Part shown: positions 1-12,400 of the stretch, in pieces
How positions within the stretch are numbered: position 1 is the first letter of the stretch
Layout: the number at the start of each line of letters is the position of its first letter
Made by a program: the position numbers and the translations under genes
From: Catajapyx aquilonaris
Lineage: Eukaryota
Length of the DNA stretch: 57,223 nucleotides
Direction of reading: 5' to 3'
Assembly (NCBI GenBank): GCA_000934665.2
Contig: JYFJ02002424.1
Coordinates: 1-57,223, forward strand
The notes under the pieces: generated by a model
Databases searched by the model: none
What the model was told of the DNA's origin: nothing
What the model saw: the letters and a program-made list of their open reading frames with translations, nothing else

Positions 1-419
1 GAAGACTTCAGGTGGGTTTGTAGCATTCACCCAGTGACACAAGTCACTGCTACTGCTGCTAATCTACCCTTCAGGCTTGTTGACAACAGCGATTGGCAGG
101 GTCCAGGTGATGTGTCAGGCTGGAGTCAGAATCCCTTCCACCACCACTATGTACAGTTGTTTATCCTTGGAAGCATCTGGCCATCTAACCTCCAGGGAGA
201 CTGCACATGACCCGTTTTCAGACATTGCACTTGCACCTGTGTCTCCTCCCCAGAAATCCCCATCCTTACCCCATGTCCTTTCATCCTTGCACTAGAGTTG
301 AAAAAAATTACAGAAGAATTGATGGACAATGGTGGTATCTCCACTCAGCCGGAAGAGGGCCTCTGGCCATATCATGGGTTAACATTTAAAAAAAATCATG
401 GTTCAGAGAAAGGTCTTGA

Positions 420-510
420 TGTGGGAAGAGTTGCAGTGGGTTCTCCACTCTGCTTGTGTGGGTTTCCTGTTTCCGCCCACTTGTAAAAACTCATTGTTAA
501 CATTGGTAAT
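420..510 (+). mobile_element. Degraded SINE central-domain fragment
   Basis: ttctccactctgcttgtgtgggtttcctgtttccgcccac resembles the conserved V/Meta-type SINE core (tctcc...gtgggtttcctccgg...tttcctcccac); no head or tail found. Confidence 0.35.
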
Positions 511-1393
511 GTACACTACCTAGTAAGCTTACTTAAATGGAGCGTTCAATATCTGGCTTAATGATCATACTACTTTCCTTATTTATTTCCCTTTGTTGCA
601 ATATATTATCAAGCACATTGACGTTTCAGAAGACCCCATTCTCCATCATGCAGAAGTTCATTATGGAAGGGAATGGTCAGTTCATAGCCAATATGGATTA
701 TTAACTGAGTTCTGAGATTGGCGACTATTATTATGCAAGCTCCAGTATTTCAGATGACCAAGCAGGACAAATAACTCGGATCCATGGACGAATCTCAATC
801 AGTTTCTTTTGCTTAGGACATGACCTGCAGCATGAAATCTAGTGCACACTGTTATAGGTGTGAGTAAAGTGACAGAGTGGTATATCCTGCATACTACAGT
901 AGAAACTTGCATAATGCATAATATGCAGCATAATACTACATCTGCCAAGTTATTTAAACTTTTCCAGAATAACTGGTTATAGTTTTAAAATTACCTCTTA
1001 AGTGATGACTTTTTAGTACCACTATAACCATAATCATTGACGCCAATAGGATGTGTCCCAGTAGGCCATTCTTTTATGAATGTGACAACTTTGCAATTAA
1101 TGTGATGCAGTGCTACTACAGTAAAACCCCTGCTGTTGGACACCCCTGTATGTTTGATATTTTTGGCGGAACCGTGGAAAAGCCTATCCATTTGTATGGG
1201 CACATTAGCTCTTAAGTTGAACACCCCTCTATCCTTTAAGTTAAAGTCATTAATGTTGTAAGAATAAATGTTGTAAGAATAATAGCGTTGGACAAATGCC
1301 GGACGCAAGCGTCAAACATGCATCTTGATATGCCCCGTATGTCCAATCGCGTATCTCTCCCTCTCTTCTCTTTCTCTCTCCTCCAGTCCCCCG

Positions 1394-1396
<3 letters not shown>

Positions 1397-1470
<74 letters not shown>
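1397..1470 (+). repeat. (AG)37 microsatellite
   Basis: Perfect AG dinucleotide run; explains the RERE/SLSL ORFs in the track. Confidence 0.98.
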
Positions 1471-1475
<5 letters not shown>

Positions 1476-2387
1476 AAAGAGGGATTCAAAATGGCCTTAG
1501 TTGGCAAAGCCAGGCCGAACCCTTGCTCCAATCTGTTGAACACGTTGAAGGTCACCTGTTAGAAGCATTCTTCCTTTGAATGGCAATATATTAGAGTTGC
1601 TGGACAGCAGCCATTTCGATCCAACTCCCCTGCATTGCCAAGTTTCAGTGATCTGCTCCAATCTAAGGAAACGAATCATTGTGCCATGTCGGTTGCTTTG
1701 CTTAGTCAGGATAACCTTGAACAGGTCCTTTTTATGAAAACCAATCAATTAGTACTAATAATCATCAAAGTGCACATTGCACAACCTGCTTCACATTATC
1801 AATCGATGACATGGTGTCTGAGAATGTTATCTACTATGCATGCATCTTAACATTCCTCAATAACTTTTTACTTATTGTGTTGTTATTAATGAAAATTGAC
1901 ATGTACAGTACTGTACTTACCTTGTATGATGCCAAACAAGGCATATGCTGGAAACTGACCCTTCCAGCATCCATTTTTGAATGCGAGTCTGCATACTGGC
2001 GTATATGCAGAGGGGTACACCTGCCCTGCCTCGGAGAAATGAACACCAGACCTGATTTCTTCTTGTGGGGTTTAATGAAGGGCCGCACATCATAATACAG
2101 GATTAAACACATAACAATTGAAGCACTCTGGCCCCGATACAGAGGGAATTTGATGCCATTTATATGATGACACATTAGCATATATACCGGTATACACCAT
2201 TATGCAGACTCAAATTCTAGGCAGACCTTGTTTGGAATTATACAAGTTAAGTACGTCAATTTTCATTGAGAACCATACAATAATTAAAAAGTTATTGAGG
2301 AATGTTTGGGTTCGGTTTCATGATAGTCACCCTGTATTTCAACTAACTATTAAACATGTTTGATTTAGGTTAAGTTTTTATGGTTAA

Positions 2388-2782
2388 AGGCACACTCCAC
2401 TCAAAAAACAAGTTTGGCTCTAAAAATCGGGCAAAAAATCCCGAATCCGACGGTGCAATTCGTTTTTCCCAGGGCGAGGGGTCAAAGAGGGGAAATTCAA
2501 ATAGTGAGCTAGAAGCTGGCCGTCCGCCAGCGACGCCCTCGGGACCTTGGGAACTGGGGGGATGCTCCCGCCTGCCCGCGCGCTTAGGCCCATCCCAGAG
2601 CGGTGCAGCCCTCCAGTTCCCCTGTTCCCCGCGTGGCGGCGCCGCTCATTAGCAGACGACACACTTTGACACCTCGCCCTGGTATTACCGTTCCGCGTAG
2701 CGAAAAACGAATTGCACTGTCGGATTCAGGATTTTTTGCCCGATTTTTACAGCCAAACTTGTTTTTTGAGTGGAGTGTCCCT
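2388..2782. mobile_element. Kolobok/T2-type MITE
   Basis: TTAA on both sides (2384-2387, 2783-2786), AGG...CCT termini, about 80-100 bp TIRs (aggcacactccactcaaaaaacaagtttggct / agccaaacttgttttttgagtggagtgtccct), GC-rich core. Confidence 0.88.
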
Positions 2783-3223
2783 TTAAGACTTCATACATTA
2801 GTGTGTTAAATACAAGAATATGTGGTAACTTGGGTATTTCGGTTATCATGCAGTAAAAAGGCCAAAAAGGCATATTCATTAACATCATTATACAATACTA
2901 GCAGGTTACCCGGCGTTGCCCGGGTGTGTTGGGGTGCTGGTAAAGATAGGGGTACATATTATCTGTGATAGATTACCTGCTTGTCTTATAGCGTACAGTC
3001 TACACGGATATTCTGATTGGATGTGTAAAAAGAGGAATGCGGATGGAGTAGGCCCAGGAAAAGACTGCACAGCCATGTGTTTTTCCCCCTGCATTTTTGA
3101 CCCCTTGACCCCCCAACCCCACTTCACACCCCCACCTCGTTCCATATGTTTGCTCTGAATAACTTTAGAAATGTACGTACAGATGTATGATGGGAAATTT
3201 TGTTTTCAACATGGAGTAATATA

Positions 3224-3503
3224 AAGTGGCGCTGCGGGAACGTCGGATTCGATCCCAGCCCTCCTTCATCCCGTGCAGAGTTGGTTCGTCTCTGGCTTCG
3301 TTGCGGGTGGAATCTCCTCAGACTAATCCACCCGGGGGAGTTCACAAAATATACCGTTTGAGAATTGCACTTGCACCTTGCACATCCCCTCCCAGTCACC
3401 CTGCCCGTGGGCCCGGGCGCTACGTCAAAAAGGTTCCAATCAAGACGAAATAAAGGTTCTCTCACTGCGGGACGATGCAGGGATGAAGTAAATAGCCAAA
3501 AAA
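3224..3503 (+). mobile_element. Probable SINE inserted in the Helitron
   Basis: B-box-like ggattcgatccc near 3246, A-rich tail, candidate TSD aatata (3218-3223 / 3504-3509). Confidence 0.5.
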
Positions 3504-3594
3504 AATATAGGCATTTCCATGGGAATGCAAATTGATTTATTGTTATTATTGTAAGCTAATTGTTGAAGCAAGAATATGCGTGTTGTGGGAGTAA

Positions 3595-3744
3595 AGGCCA
3601 TTTCACAAAAAAAATGTCGCGCGGCAAACGGCGCGACTTGCGGCAAATTTTATTGTTGCCAATAATTGGCAACAATAAATATAAATAAAAATTTGCCGCA
3701 AGTCGCGCCGTTTGCCGCGTGACATTTTTTTTGAGAAATGGCCT
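3595..3744. mobile_element. PIF/Harbinger (Tourist-like) MITE nested in the Helitron
   Basis: About 65 bp near-perfect TIRs (aggccatttcacaaaa...gcggcaaattt), TAA/TTA flanks, and an internal secondary palindrome tttattgttgccaataattggcaacaataaa. Confidence 0.8.
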
Positions 3745-4390
3745 TTAGGTTCATTTTCGGAATCTGAAACATGCGGCGTTAGATTCCTTGGAAAAAGTAA
3801 CCCCCGATATGCTAATTTAAGGCGGTGTAAGGGCCTTCCCCTGGATTTCTATGAGGGACAAACATCCAAACTGCCTTATTTATAGATATAGATACCGTAT
3901 GTTGTATAATATATCCTACATTCAGTGGTGGGCACCGCTAACTGAAAGTTTTGCGCTGCAAACCGATAATCAGCTAGCTAAAAAATGTTGCCGTCGCTAA
4001 AAGGCTGGAAAATTAGCGAAAGTTAACGGTAACAGGTAACTCTTATTTTGTGAATTTAACCTTTCTTGGTTCTAAGACCCTTTCAAAAATAAAACCAGAC
4101 CTAGACTGATAAAGCCTCGAGAGGGTAGGACAAAATATCGTAATAGGAACACCTGCAAAAAGCGGTTGAAACTTCGCGTCTGTTTTTTTCAAAAACTTGA
4201 AAAGTTGGAAAGGTAACTATTACCAGGCTTTGAAGCTCTGTCGATGTACATTTGTGGAGGTATGCAAATGAAACAAAAATCACGAGAGGAGGGAAGAAAC
4301 AAAAGAATTTCGAACCCCCCCCCCCCTCCTGGCTCCATTTTTGACCATAGCGTTCAATTCTTTTCATTTGAAAACGAAAGCAGTTACAGA

Positions 4391-4756
4391 CAGCCCCCAG
4401 TCACTCTCCCTCTTTTTCCGTGAGCTTAACTAATCTCCCCACCGAGGTTGGCCAACGACAGCGCTAGAGTCAAGTGTCGAGTTAGTGTCGAGATGGTGGC
4501 GTCTTACCTAGCGGCCACCTCAGAACCATTTCGGTCGGCCCCACGGTTGTTAGAGTATATCCCGAGGTATATCCTTCCGGGTCGGCCCTGCCAATCGGAG
4601 TCAACCGAAATGGTTCTGACGTGTCCGCTAGGTAAGGCGTGACCATCTAGGAACTTGACTCTAGCGCCGTCCGTGGCCAACCCCCTCGGTGGGGGAGATC
4701 AGCTAAGCTCACTGGGGTAGCAAGGTACTGGTATAGGGAGTGACTGTTGGGGGCTG
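4391..4756. mobile_element. hAT-type MITE (fold-back)
   Basis: CAGCCCCC...GGGGGCTG termini, self-complementary over about 140 bp arms, 8-bp TSD gttacaga/gttacaaa that interrupts the host element's arm. Confidence 0.82.
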
Positions 4757-4928
4757 GTTACAAATATGAACTCTACTGGGTTTTGAAGCTTTATCGATGT
4801 CACTTTGTGCGGTATAGAGATTGACCAAAATTACCGACAGGGGGCCTCCTTCCTCAGCACTAAATGTGAGAAGAGGTTGGACAAAATAATGTCTAGTAAG
4901 TTTGGGTCAAATTTTCGTCCCACTACTA

Positions 4929-5319
4929 CTCTCCGATTCACATTTTTAGGGCCGGTTTCACCGAGCTTGGTATATGATAAAACCAGGTTTCTTTAGGAAA
5001 ATCCAATACAAATAGATAGGGATTTTGAGAAAGAACCCTGGTTTTATCATATACTGAGCTCGGTGAAACCGGCCCTTAGTCTCAACCTTTTTGGATATCC
5101 ATACGCCCGAAAGTAGTGCCTCACAACAAAATGTGCAGTTTGTGTAGCGCTGCAGGGCGATACCGCATGGGCTGCCCATGATAATTAGGCATTCGAATTA
5201 CATGTACCAGCACTGTTTCTTCAAGAAAGCCAACGATACCGGTTACTAATTTTGCGGCGGCTCACCCCCTCGGGCGTATGTACATATCCAAAAAGGTTCA
5301 GATTATGTGAATCGGAGAG
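4929..5319. mobile_element. Tc1/mariner-type MITE (TA target)
   Basis: TA|ctctccgattcaca...tgtgaatcggagag|TA; arms continue as aacctttttggatat...catacgcccga. Confidence 0.72.
4949..5075. mobile_element. PIF/Harbinger (Tourist-like) MITE nested in the left TIR of 4929-5319
   Basis: GGGCCGGTTTCACCGAGCT...AGCTCGGTGAAACCGGCCC TIRs, exact TTA TSD (4946-4948 / 5076-5078). Confidence 0.88.
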
Positions 5320-5691
5320 TAGTTACTAGTACTAACTTAGCAGTACCATATTTGGCACTGTTACTGCTAAGTTAACCAACAAGATTAGTAACAAACACCA
5401 ATAAAGTTCATATCTGTAACTGTTTTCGTTTGCAAATGAAAAGGGTGGAACGCTATGGTCAAAAATGGGGCTGGGGGGGGGGGGGGGTGNGTCTTTTGTT
5501 TCTTCCCCCCATCACGTCTCTCAGCATTGCTCAGATATTACTACACAGTACACTGGGCTGGACCCGGACTTTTGTCTCAAAATCCTAGTTTGTTTCAGAT
5601 ACCGTACCGGTCGATCGACTGACTAATCACGTGAACTAAAATTTATAGCTCTTGCATCCTAAGGTAGGTGGGGGAAAAAATAATGTTTTGA

Positions 5692-5765
5692 CCTCTGGGT
5701 AAGGTGATACTCTGGTCCCGTAAGGAGTACTCCTTACTGGACCCGAGTATCACCTTGGGCAGAGG
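5692..5765. repeat. 74-bp near-perfect palindrome
   Basis: cctctgggtaaggtgatactc...gtaaggagt|actccttac...gagtatcaccttgggcagagg, centred on gagtactc. Confidence 0.8.
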
Positions 5766-5820
5766 CTAGAGATGAAGTGTACCAGTACCAGCTGATGGGG
5801 TTGAGATATGATATATCAGT

Positions 5821-6225
5821 AACCGAGCAGTAGTGCTGGAGTGTATATGGTGTCCTACTGCTAATCGGGAGGTCCTGGGTTCGAATCCCGGAGGCCGGCG
5901 ATCCTGACCTTGGTTTTCTGTGGTTTCCCAAGGTCGCCCCAGGAAAAATTTCCGGGATCGTACCGTAAAATAGGCCACAGCCGCTTCCTTCCTTTCCCTG
6001 CCCTGGAGGAGGTGCGGAGCAGTGGGAGTTCCTGACTCGCATCTAGGGGGTCATCTTGGCGAACGGGCCCCCTGAGGGACTGCACACGACCCCCAACTTG
6101 ATGACATTGCACATGCACCAGTGTTCCCCCCCTCCTATCCCTACTACCCTGTCCCTGCACGATAGTGGTAATCCACTCCCCTAAGAGGGCCTATATGGCC
6201 CTAGCACAGGGTATATCTAAAAAAA
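5821..6225 (+). mobile_element. Full-length tRNA-derived SINE
   Basis: tRNA-like head with exact B box GGTTCGAATCC (5878-5888); insect-SINE-like core ggttttctgtggtttccc...ccaggaaaaatttccgggat...ggccacagccgcttccttcc; 3' stem-loop and poly-A; 13-bp TSD atgatatatcagt (5808-5820 / 6226-6238). Confidence 0.88.
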
Positions 6226-6234
6226 ATGATATAT

Positions 6235-6460
6235 CAGTGGTTTCCAACCTATTACCGACTGCGACTTCCTAAACATATTTCCATAAATGTGCGACCCCCC
6301 CCCCCTTCCTCCCCTCCCCGGGCCAGCATACAACTGCCCCCTTTCCTAGCTGTACGGCCGCAAAAATTGTTCAATTGACACAGAAATTGCAAAAAAAAGT
6401 TGGACCAAGGCTCGCGACCCCCAGCGACCCTGACCGCGACCCCCTGTTGGAAAACCACTG
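6235..6460. mobile_element. hAT-type MITE
   Basis: TIRs cagtggtttccaac / gttggaaaaccactg, 8-bp TSD tgatatat/cgatatat, subterminal gcgacc repeats. Confidence 0.85.
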
Positions 6461-9400
6461 CGATATATATTTTGTATGTATATGGTGTGCACAAGATGTC
6501 GCCCACAATTTTAGTTGGCTGATCGCTTCCTAAGGTACAGGGCCTCTATGTACTCTTCACTCTCCCGCTTAAGTTTGAACAGTCAAATGCAGTGCGCATG
6601 TGCAATGCCATTGTCACACAGCCTCTCCAGACCTTGTCGCCTGACCGTGGTCGGCAGCAAGCGCCGACGGTTGAGCGGGTCGAGTGTAAACCCACCTTTA
6701 GTAATGTGGTTTGCGCTCCAGCCGTCTAGGGGAGGGAAATGTTAAGTGGTTATAAGGAGGTACAGGCCAGGCAGGAGGGATGCTAATTGAGGATTGTGGT
6801 ATCCGGTGATTAACATGCCTCGGGCTTGCACGATCGATATACCCCACCCTCATCTACCCTCTCCTCCTACGCTACCTCCTGGTGTGACGTTAATAGAGTG
6901 TGCGTTTGTGGAAAGGGAAAAACGGAGAGAACGGATTCTCTCGTGGCATCAGCTGTACAGGAGTTTATGAAGGTAGTCGCTGGCGAACATGGTGCGCTTT
7001 AAACCTCAATGTAATTGCTACTTACTGGGCACGCTGGCCTCACAATTCCTCTTATTTCTGCCTAGAGGCGGTGGTCCATTCAATGTCGATTTCCCATTGA
7101 AGCAACTTTCGACGCTCCTGAGAAGACAGCTGACGTCGACTGGCGCTAGGGAAAGCATAACCATACTCGGGACCAACATGCTTTACTCACACTGTGGACA
7201 TTATTAATTCTTAATGATTTGGACTACAGTATATATCACGAATCTATTCCTTAGAACACAGCATAGGAGAGGCCATTGGAGTAGCATATAGGATTCTCTA
7301 CCATTATTCTGAGCATTTGAAAATCCGCGGAACTGGGGTAGCCTATATCACCTGTATGGCTGTATATTGAAAATGATTAGTGTTAGGCTACGACGTACTT
7401 TATATGTATGACGAAACTGCACATATTGAGTCAGGGGTTCTGATTTTGATAACATACATTTTCTTAGTATCTGAGCCACTTATCGTGTACTGTTTCATTT
7501 TAGATTTCATTGCACTCTGTGGTGTATAGGAAAGTAGAAAACTAAAATATTTCTTGTTGGTTTCACGCCTTATTTTTTTACACCTACTGCTCACCACTCA
7601 TCGCATCTACATACTTGATAGGCCTGAGAAAAATATTCAATGTTTATCTGTTTTCAAATTTTTGAATATTTCTTTGCTATAGATAATATTTACAACATAA
7701 TAAGTCGTATAGAATTCATTGACATCCTAATCACTTTATTTTGTTATGCTCTTCCCCCTCGCGCTCATCCATGCGCTTCCCAGAATTATCTCATTTTTTC
7801 AAATTTAAAATACATTTTAGCCACTTATTGAAGGCTTTAAAAAATACGCTACAATATCTCATTTTTCATGAAAATGTCAGTTGGCGGTTTTTGATCCTCA
7901 ACCCCTCAATTATATTGAATAATTTTTATCACACACATTCTGCACATCCTCCACTTTTAAAGGAATCATTCACGGATTTACGGTTTGATAAAGAAAGGCC
8001 ATTTTTGTATTTGTGTTCTCGTTGACTGATATATAACTTACTCATGTGTAAAAACGGTGATGCAACCACAAGAAAACGATAATTGTTAGCACGGAAGAAT
8101 GCACAAATTTCATTGTCACAATGTAGCTCTTTCAGTTAAAGACGGAAGTAGTTTTTTGAGAGTTCGCCTCTCTATGGACCCAATCTATATCCCCCCCCCC
8201 CCCCACCCTCATTCACCGATCATTTTTTCTATACGGGCCAATGGATTATTGTTGTGGACTGATGTCTCCTCCAGGAAAAAATCGCCAACGGGGTCAACTA
8301 TATGAAACATTTGTGCATTTGTGTCAATATTTGCTCAAGACACAAACTGAGTATGGTAACTTCTGAGAAATGACAGTTGTTCGTTTTCTACCGTAATTTA
8401 TTTCCTTCATTTTGTGACTACGCCTTTTAATAAAGTATATTCACATTTCATCGTAAAATTTTCTCGATAATATTTTCATGAGTTTTGGCATTAAAATTTT
8501 TCATTACCTTCGCGACTGATTAAAAATGTTATAGTGGTCCTTATGTTTTGCATAATGCACTAAGACTAGATTACTATTGTTAGCATGACAATACTAGTCT
8601 TGGCGGTGCTGACGACCAAAAAAATCTATTATCCAAACATAGCTCTGAAAAGAACTTGGTAAGATCCGAGTAGCACTGGTGAGATTGGAGGAAATAGGGA
8701 TTTTCTCTTATAAATCTGAAATTCAGGACTAATATTTCGAACCGAATGAACATGTAGCAGTGAAGGAAAAGTTTCATTGCGGCTCTAATTGGATTTTGTC
8801 GACTAGATTTTCCATGCTCAGCTCTGCCTTCACTCTTGATTTGGGCATTCGATGGTGTCCATTACATCGCTTACACGTTGGCATTATACGGATCTAATTG
8901 GTAAATTTTCTTCCCGCTCGTACTGTAATCATATCTAGCGAGTTTCTCACCACCACTTTTTACAAACATTTTTTAAATTTAGAAACCAGGAAATTCATCA
9001 ACGTGTTTACTCGGATTACCGTTTTAAAAATTCATAATCAAAACTTGTGTGTTTTTTCTCTCCCTCGATTGCTGTGATTTAAGATTTGAATTTGAGCAAG
9101 TTGTGGAAAAGCCATGGGGGACTAGGAGTTCTTTGGAAACTCCTTTCCCCATCTGGGTAAAACTCATCTTCTCTCCAAGGTGGCAACGCCGATCGGGTAA
9201 TTGGGCCCGACAGCTCCACAGTCCCGCGGGCTTTGTTTAGCTCACTTGCCACCCTTGTCCAATTTGCCCTCAAACTTGCTCCAAATCAGATTAAATCGAA
9301 TCAATTCACAGCCACCAAAACGGCAAAAAAAAGGAGTGGGGTCGAAAGCAGCATGTATTTCGAATCATGCTCGGACATACATGGATTTGGCACAAATTCA

Positions 9401-12400
9401 AGTCCGGTTTTGGGCTCTTTGAAGAGGTGCGTTTTGTGGTGGAAAGATTTAATTTCGCTAAAATTTTACATTTTGAAGCAAGTATTGCGAATATCATAAT
9501 ATAAAAATTACAACAACAATGATTTCCGCTAAAATCAGGCACCATCAGAGTCATACATCAATCTTATCATAGGCAAACTGCAGTGTAAGCCACAGATGAA
9601 GTATTACAAATTAATGCAATTTTCCGTTTCGTTTATGTGTTTTCTAATGCATTACATAGGTGTGAACTATGTTTGAGAGTGTAAAGTGATTTCAAACCAA
9701 GCGTTTGTCATGGGGATTCTGGTCAAAGAGATGAAACACGAGTGTCACCTTTGGTGATTAACTGCGAGAAGACCCTCATGGGAGTTAGTAACTAGTGTAA
9801 ACATGCCTAGACATTTGCGACACATTTGCTTTTATTTGTGTGTCATCATTCATGCCACCTGTTTTGTTGACATGATTCATGCAAATATCCATAAGAACTA
9901 ATACACAAGCACGCATGGAGCATGGCCAGTAATTTCCCCATTATTTTGTTTTAGGTAGGGCGATTTCAAACTCTATCCTAAGACCAACATCAAGGCCCAG
10001 TTGTGTCGACACAAATTAGGCGACATACTAAGTCAGGTTATGAACAGTGTATGTATTCAGAGATTTTCTTCTTAATTTCAGTTGATAGAACCGACCCTGA
10101 ATTATTTGTACTTGTAGCTGCGAGGCTTAATTACTGATTATGACGGCTTTGTACTATATTTAACATTATAGGAAATATCCTGCAGGGCATATCATCCGGT
10201 CAGGAAATGTGGTGTACTGTAAGGATGTTTCTTATACCGAGTATCGGATTAGAGTATACACTTAATTGAAACACATGCATTAAGTTCTATACCAAATATA
10301 CTGTAGAACGCTCTATTATAAAAAGATTCATAATTTGAAGAAAAATAACCTAAAGTGACAAATAAGTGCATAATGTTTGCACTGCAAATCAAGGTAGTCT
10401 TCCAGTGTTCCGCTCTAGCACAGCAATAAAAAGTCAGGAGCAAAAATGGCCAAAGTACGATTGAAATTGGGTTAATACCACTTTATTGAACACAGAGCAG
10501 TGAACCGATGTTGAAACTGATTTCCATATAGCCCTCATAAATGTGCAACGGAAAAAAACTTCTTTTGCCAGGAACCTTCTATGCAGTTTTCCAAGTTGGG
10601 AAAGTATCGGAGGTGTATGACGCTCAAGTGAAACAGACATGAAAAACGATCGTGTAAGAACTTTTCTCCTTTTTTTGCGTTTTTTTTTTTTTTTTTTTTT
10701 GGGGGGGTCTGATTTAGCCCTTGGTTCCGAAGCAGCTTTTGCCATATAAGGCTTGCAAAAACTAAAGATCCTTCCTTCCAACAGCTCGGTTTTAACTTTT
10801 GGGCAACGGCCCATCCTCTAGCTACTGTGACAGCTAACAGAGACACAGAGAGGACAGAAAAAAAAAGGCTAGCATGGATATATTTTGGGCCAGAAATTTT
10901 CAAGCGAATGAAGAAATGAGTTTGAAATTCTGGACGAGTGAAACTGACGCAAGCTGCAGTTAAAAATTGAATGAGATCTTTTTTATACTGTTCTCGCATT
11001 ACTGGGTGGCCTTAAAAAATCGAAAGCTCATTTTCATATTGTTATATTCTTATATCATTCATCTTGGCGTCTTAACCTGGCTTCTTATTGTGGTCTTGGA
11101 AACAATCGATGTGACATCGATGCAGTTTTGCGAAAAAGGTTTTGTTCAAAAACAAATTTTGAACTTTATTTTTAACACTTCATATTTTAGTTTTGTAATG
11201 ATCGTGAATTTTTGATGATTTCGTGATTTTCGTGATTTGTATGATTTTGTAATGATCTTGAGTTTTCCTGATTTTGATCTACGTATTTAGTTGATGCAAT
11301 TTCATTTTAGGAGAGTAAACTTTACTCTATTAATGTTCACAGTTCCAGGTAGGGAATTTCCAGTTTAAATTTTTTTTACAGCTCAACTTTTTTCCAACTG
11401 TACTACCTTTCTTTATTTTTAGCTCTAGGTTCTCTAATCCTTGGTTCCCATTCGGAGCACGACACAATTCGATCATGGGAAGAGGATCCGTGTCCCGAAA
11501 CTCTTTCTTCCCTGCCGGCCATTTTTCCGGCCTTGTAGAGCGGTCGGGCCTCCGGATTGAATTTAGCGATTGTATCTGCTTTCGGAATAATCGACCTAGT
11601 CCTCTTCCGCTCCTGCCCGTTTCCTCCGGATCCTACCAGGTTACACCACCGGAAATGTAAAATAGAAGTCAAGAGAGTTCACCTGCTGATGTAAAAAACT
11701 GTTCCCATTTTCAAATATTGCGCACATTGGTGTATAGAATTTGCTGATAGTATTAATTTGAAAGTATAGGGCCACTCTAGAGGTGTGCCGGAAAGTTAGG
11801 TTACAATGCGTTTGAAAATGCACATGTATTGCACCCAGCTAAGGAAGGTAAACTAGGATAGGAGCTGATCATTAATAAAATATTAATAAAAGCATGCAAT
11901 GTGAAGTACAGTACCTGCATTGTTCGAATTTGCGCCGTAATCTATCTGAAAAGGAATCCTACGGGGTTGCTTTAAAACTGCACTGAGCACGTCAAGACAG
12001 TGTCGTTTGCCGTTTGCGTTGGCACGAACGCATTGAGCCTGCATTGCTTGGACATTGGCTATGATCCAGGCAACTCCTATACACTTAAAGAGGCAATATA
12101 TTATTCCATTATATTGCCATTTATTTGCCCAATTTAATTTATAAGTTAAGTCTTTTTTTGCTTCAGCGTACATATGGGGTGTCACTTTTTACCATCGTTG
12201 GAATTACTTTTGTCTACATACACAACGGCCCTTCCATTTATGGGAAACTTCTGGATTAAACAGTTGTGACGTAACTTCGGGCTTGGCTGTGTGGTAGTTT
12301 TACAGAGTTCGTGAAAATAACTTCGACATCAAATTCGAAAATAAACGCATGCCCCTAACCTGCTTACTGTTAGAAATGACTGAAATACACATCGGTCACA

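Larger units (their letters stand above)
2898..3892 (-). mobile_element. Non-autonomous Helitron (insect Lep1-like architecture)
   Basis: On the minus strand it begins A|TCTATATCTATAAATAAG and ends CTAG|T. A subterminal hairpin (acccgg-cgttgc-ccgggt, 2908-2925) lies just before the CTAG end; AT target, no TSD. Confidence 0.78.
4291..5507. mobile_element. Old long-inverted-repeat element (termini unresolved) hosting nested MITEs
   Basis: 4291-4390 plus 4765-4781 is the reverse complement of about 5397-5507 (ttttgaccatagcgttc...ttttcatttg...aacgaaa.cagttacaga). Confidence 0.7.

Noticed and set aside
1497..1556. Minus-strand terminal exon GDLQRVQQIGARVRPGFAN*
   Set aside because: Weak polypyrimidine tract, no recognisable family and no phase-compatible upstream exon found.
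1250..1579. ORFs with poly-RE / poly-SL
   Set aside because: Translation artefacts of the (AG)n microsatellite.
5821..5897. tRNA gene
   Set aside because: The B box is exact, but the A box/D-arm and acceptor stem are degenerate, and it continues into a SINE body with poly-A and TSD.
8940..9500. Faint inverted similarity (about 9071-9103 vs 9273-9312)
   Set aside because: Too degraded to define termini, TSD or family.
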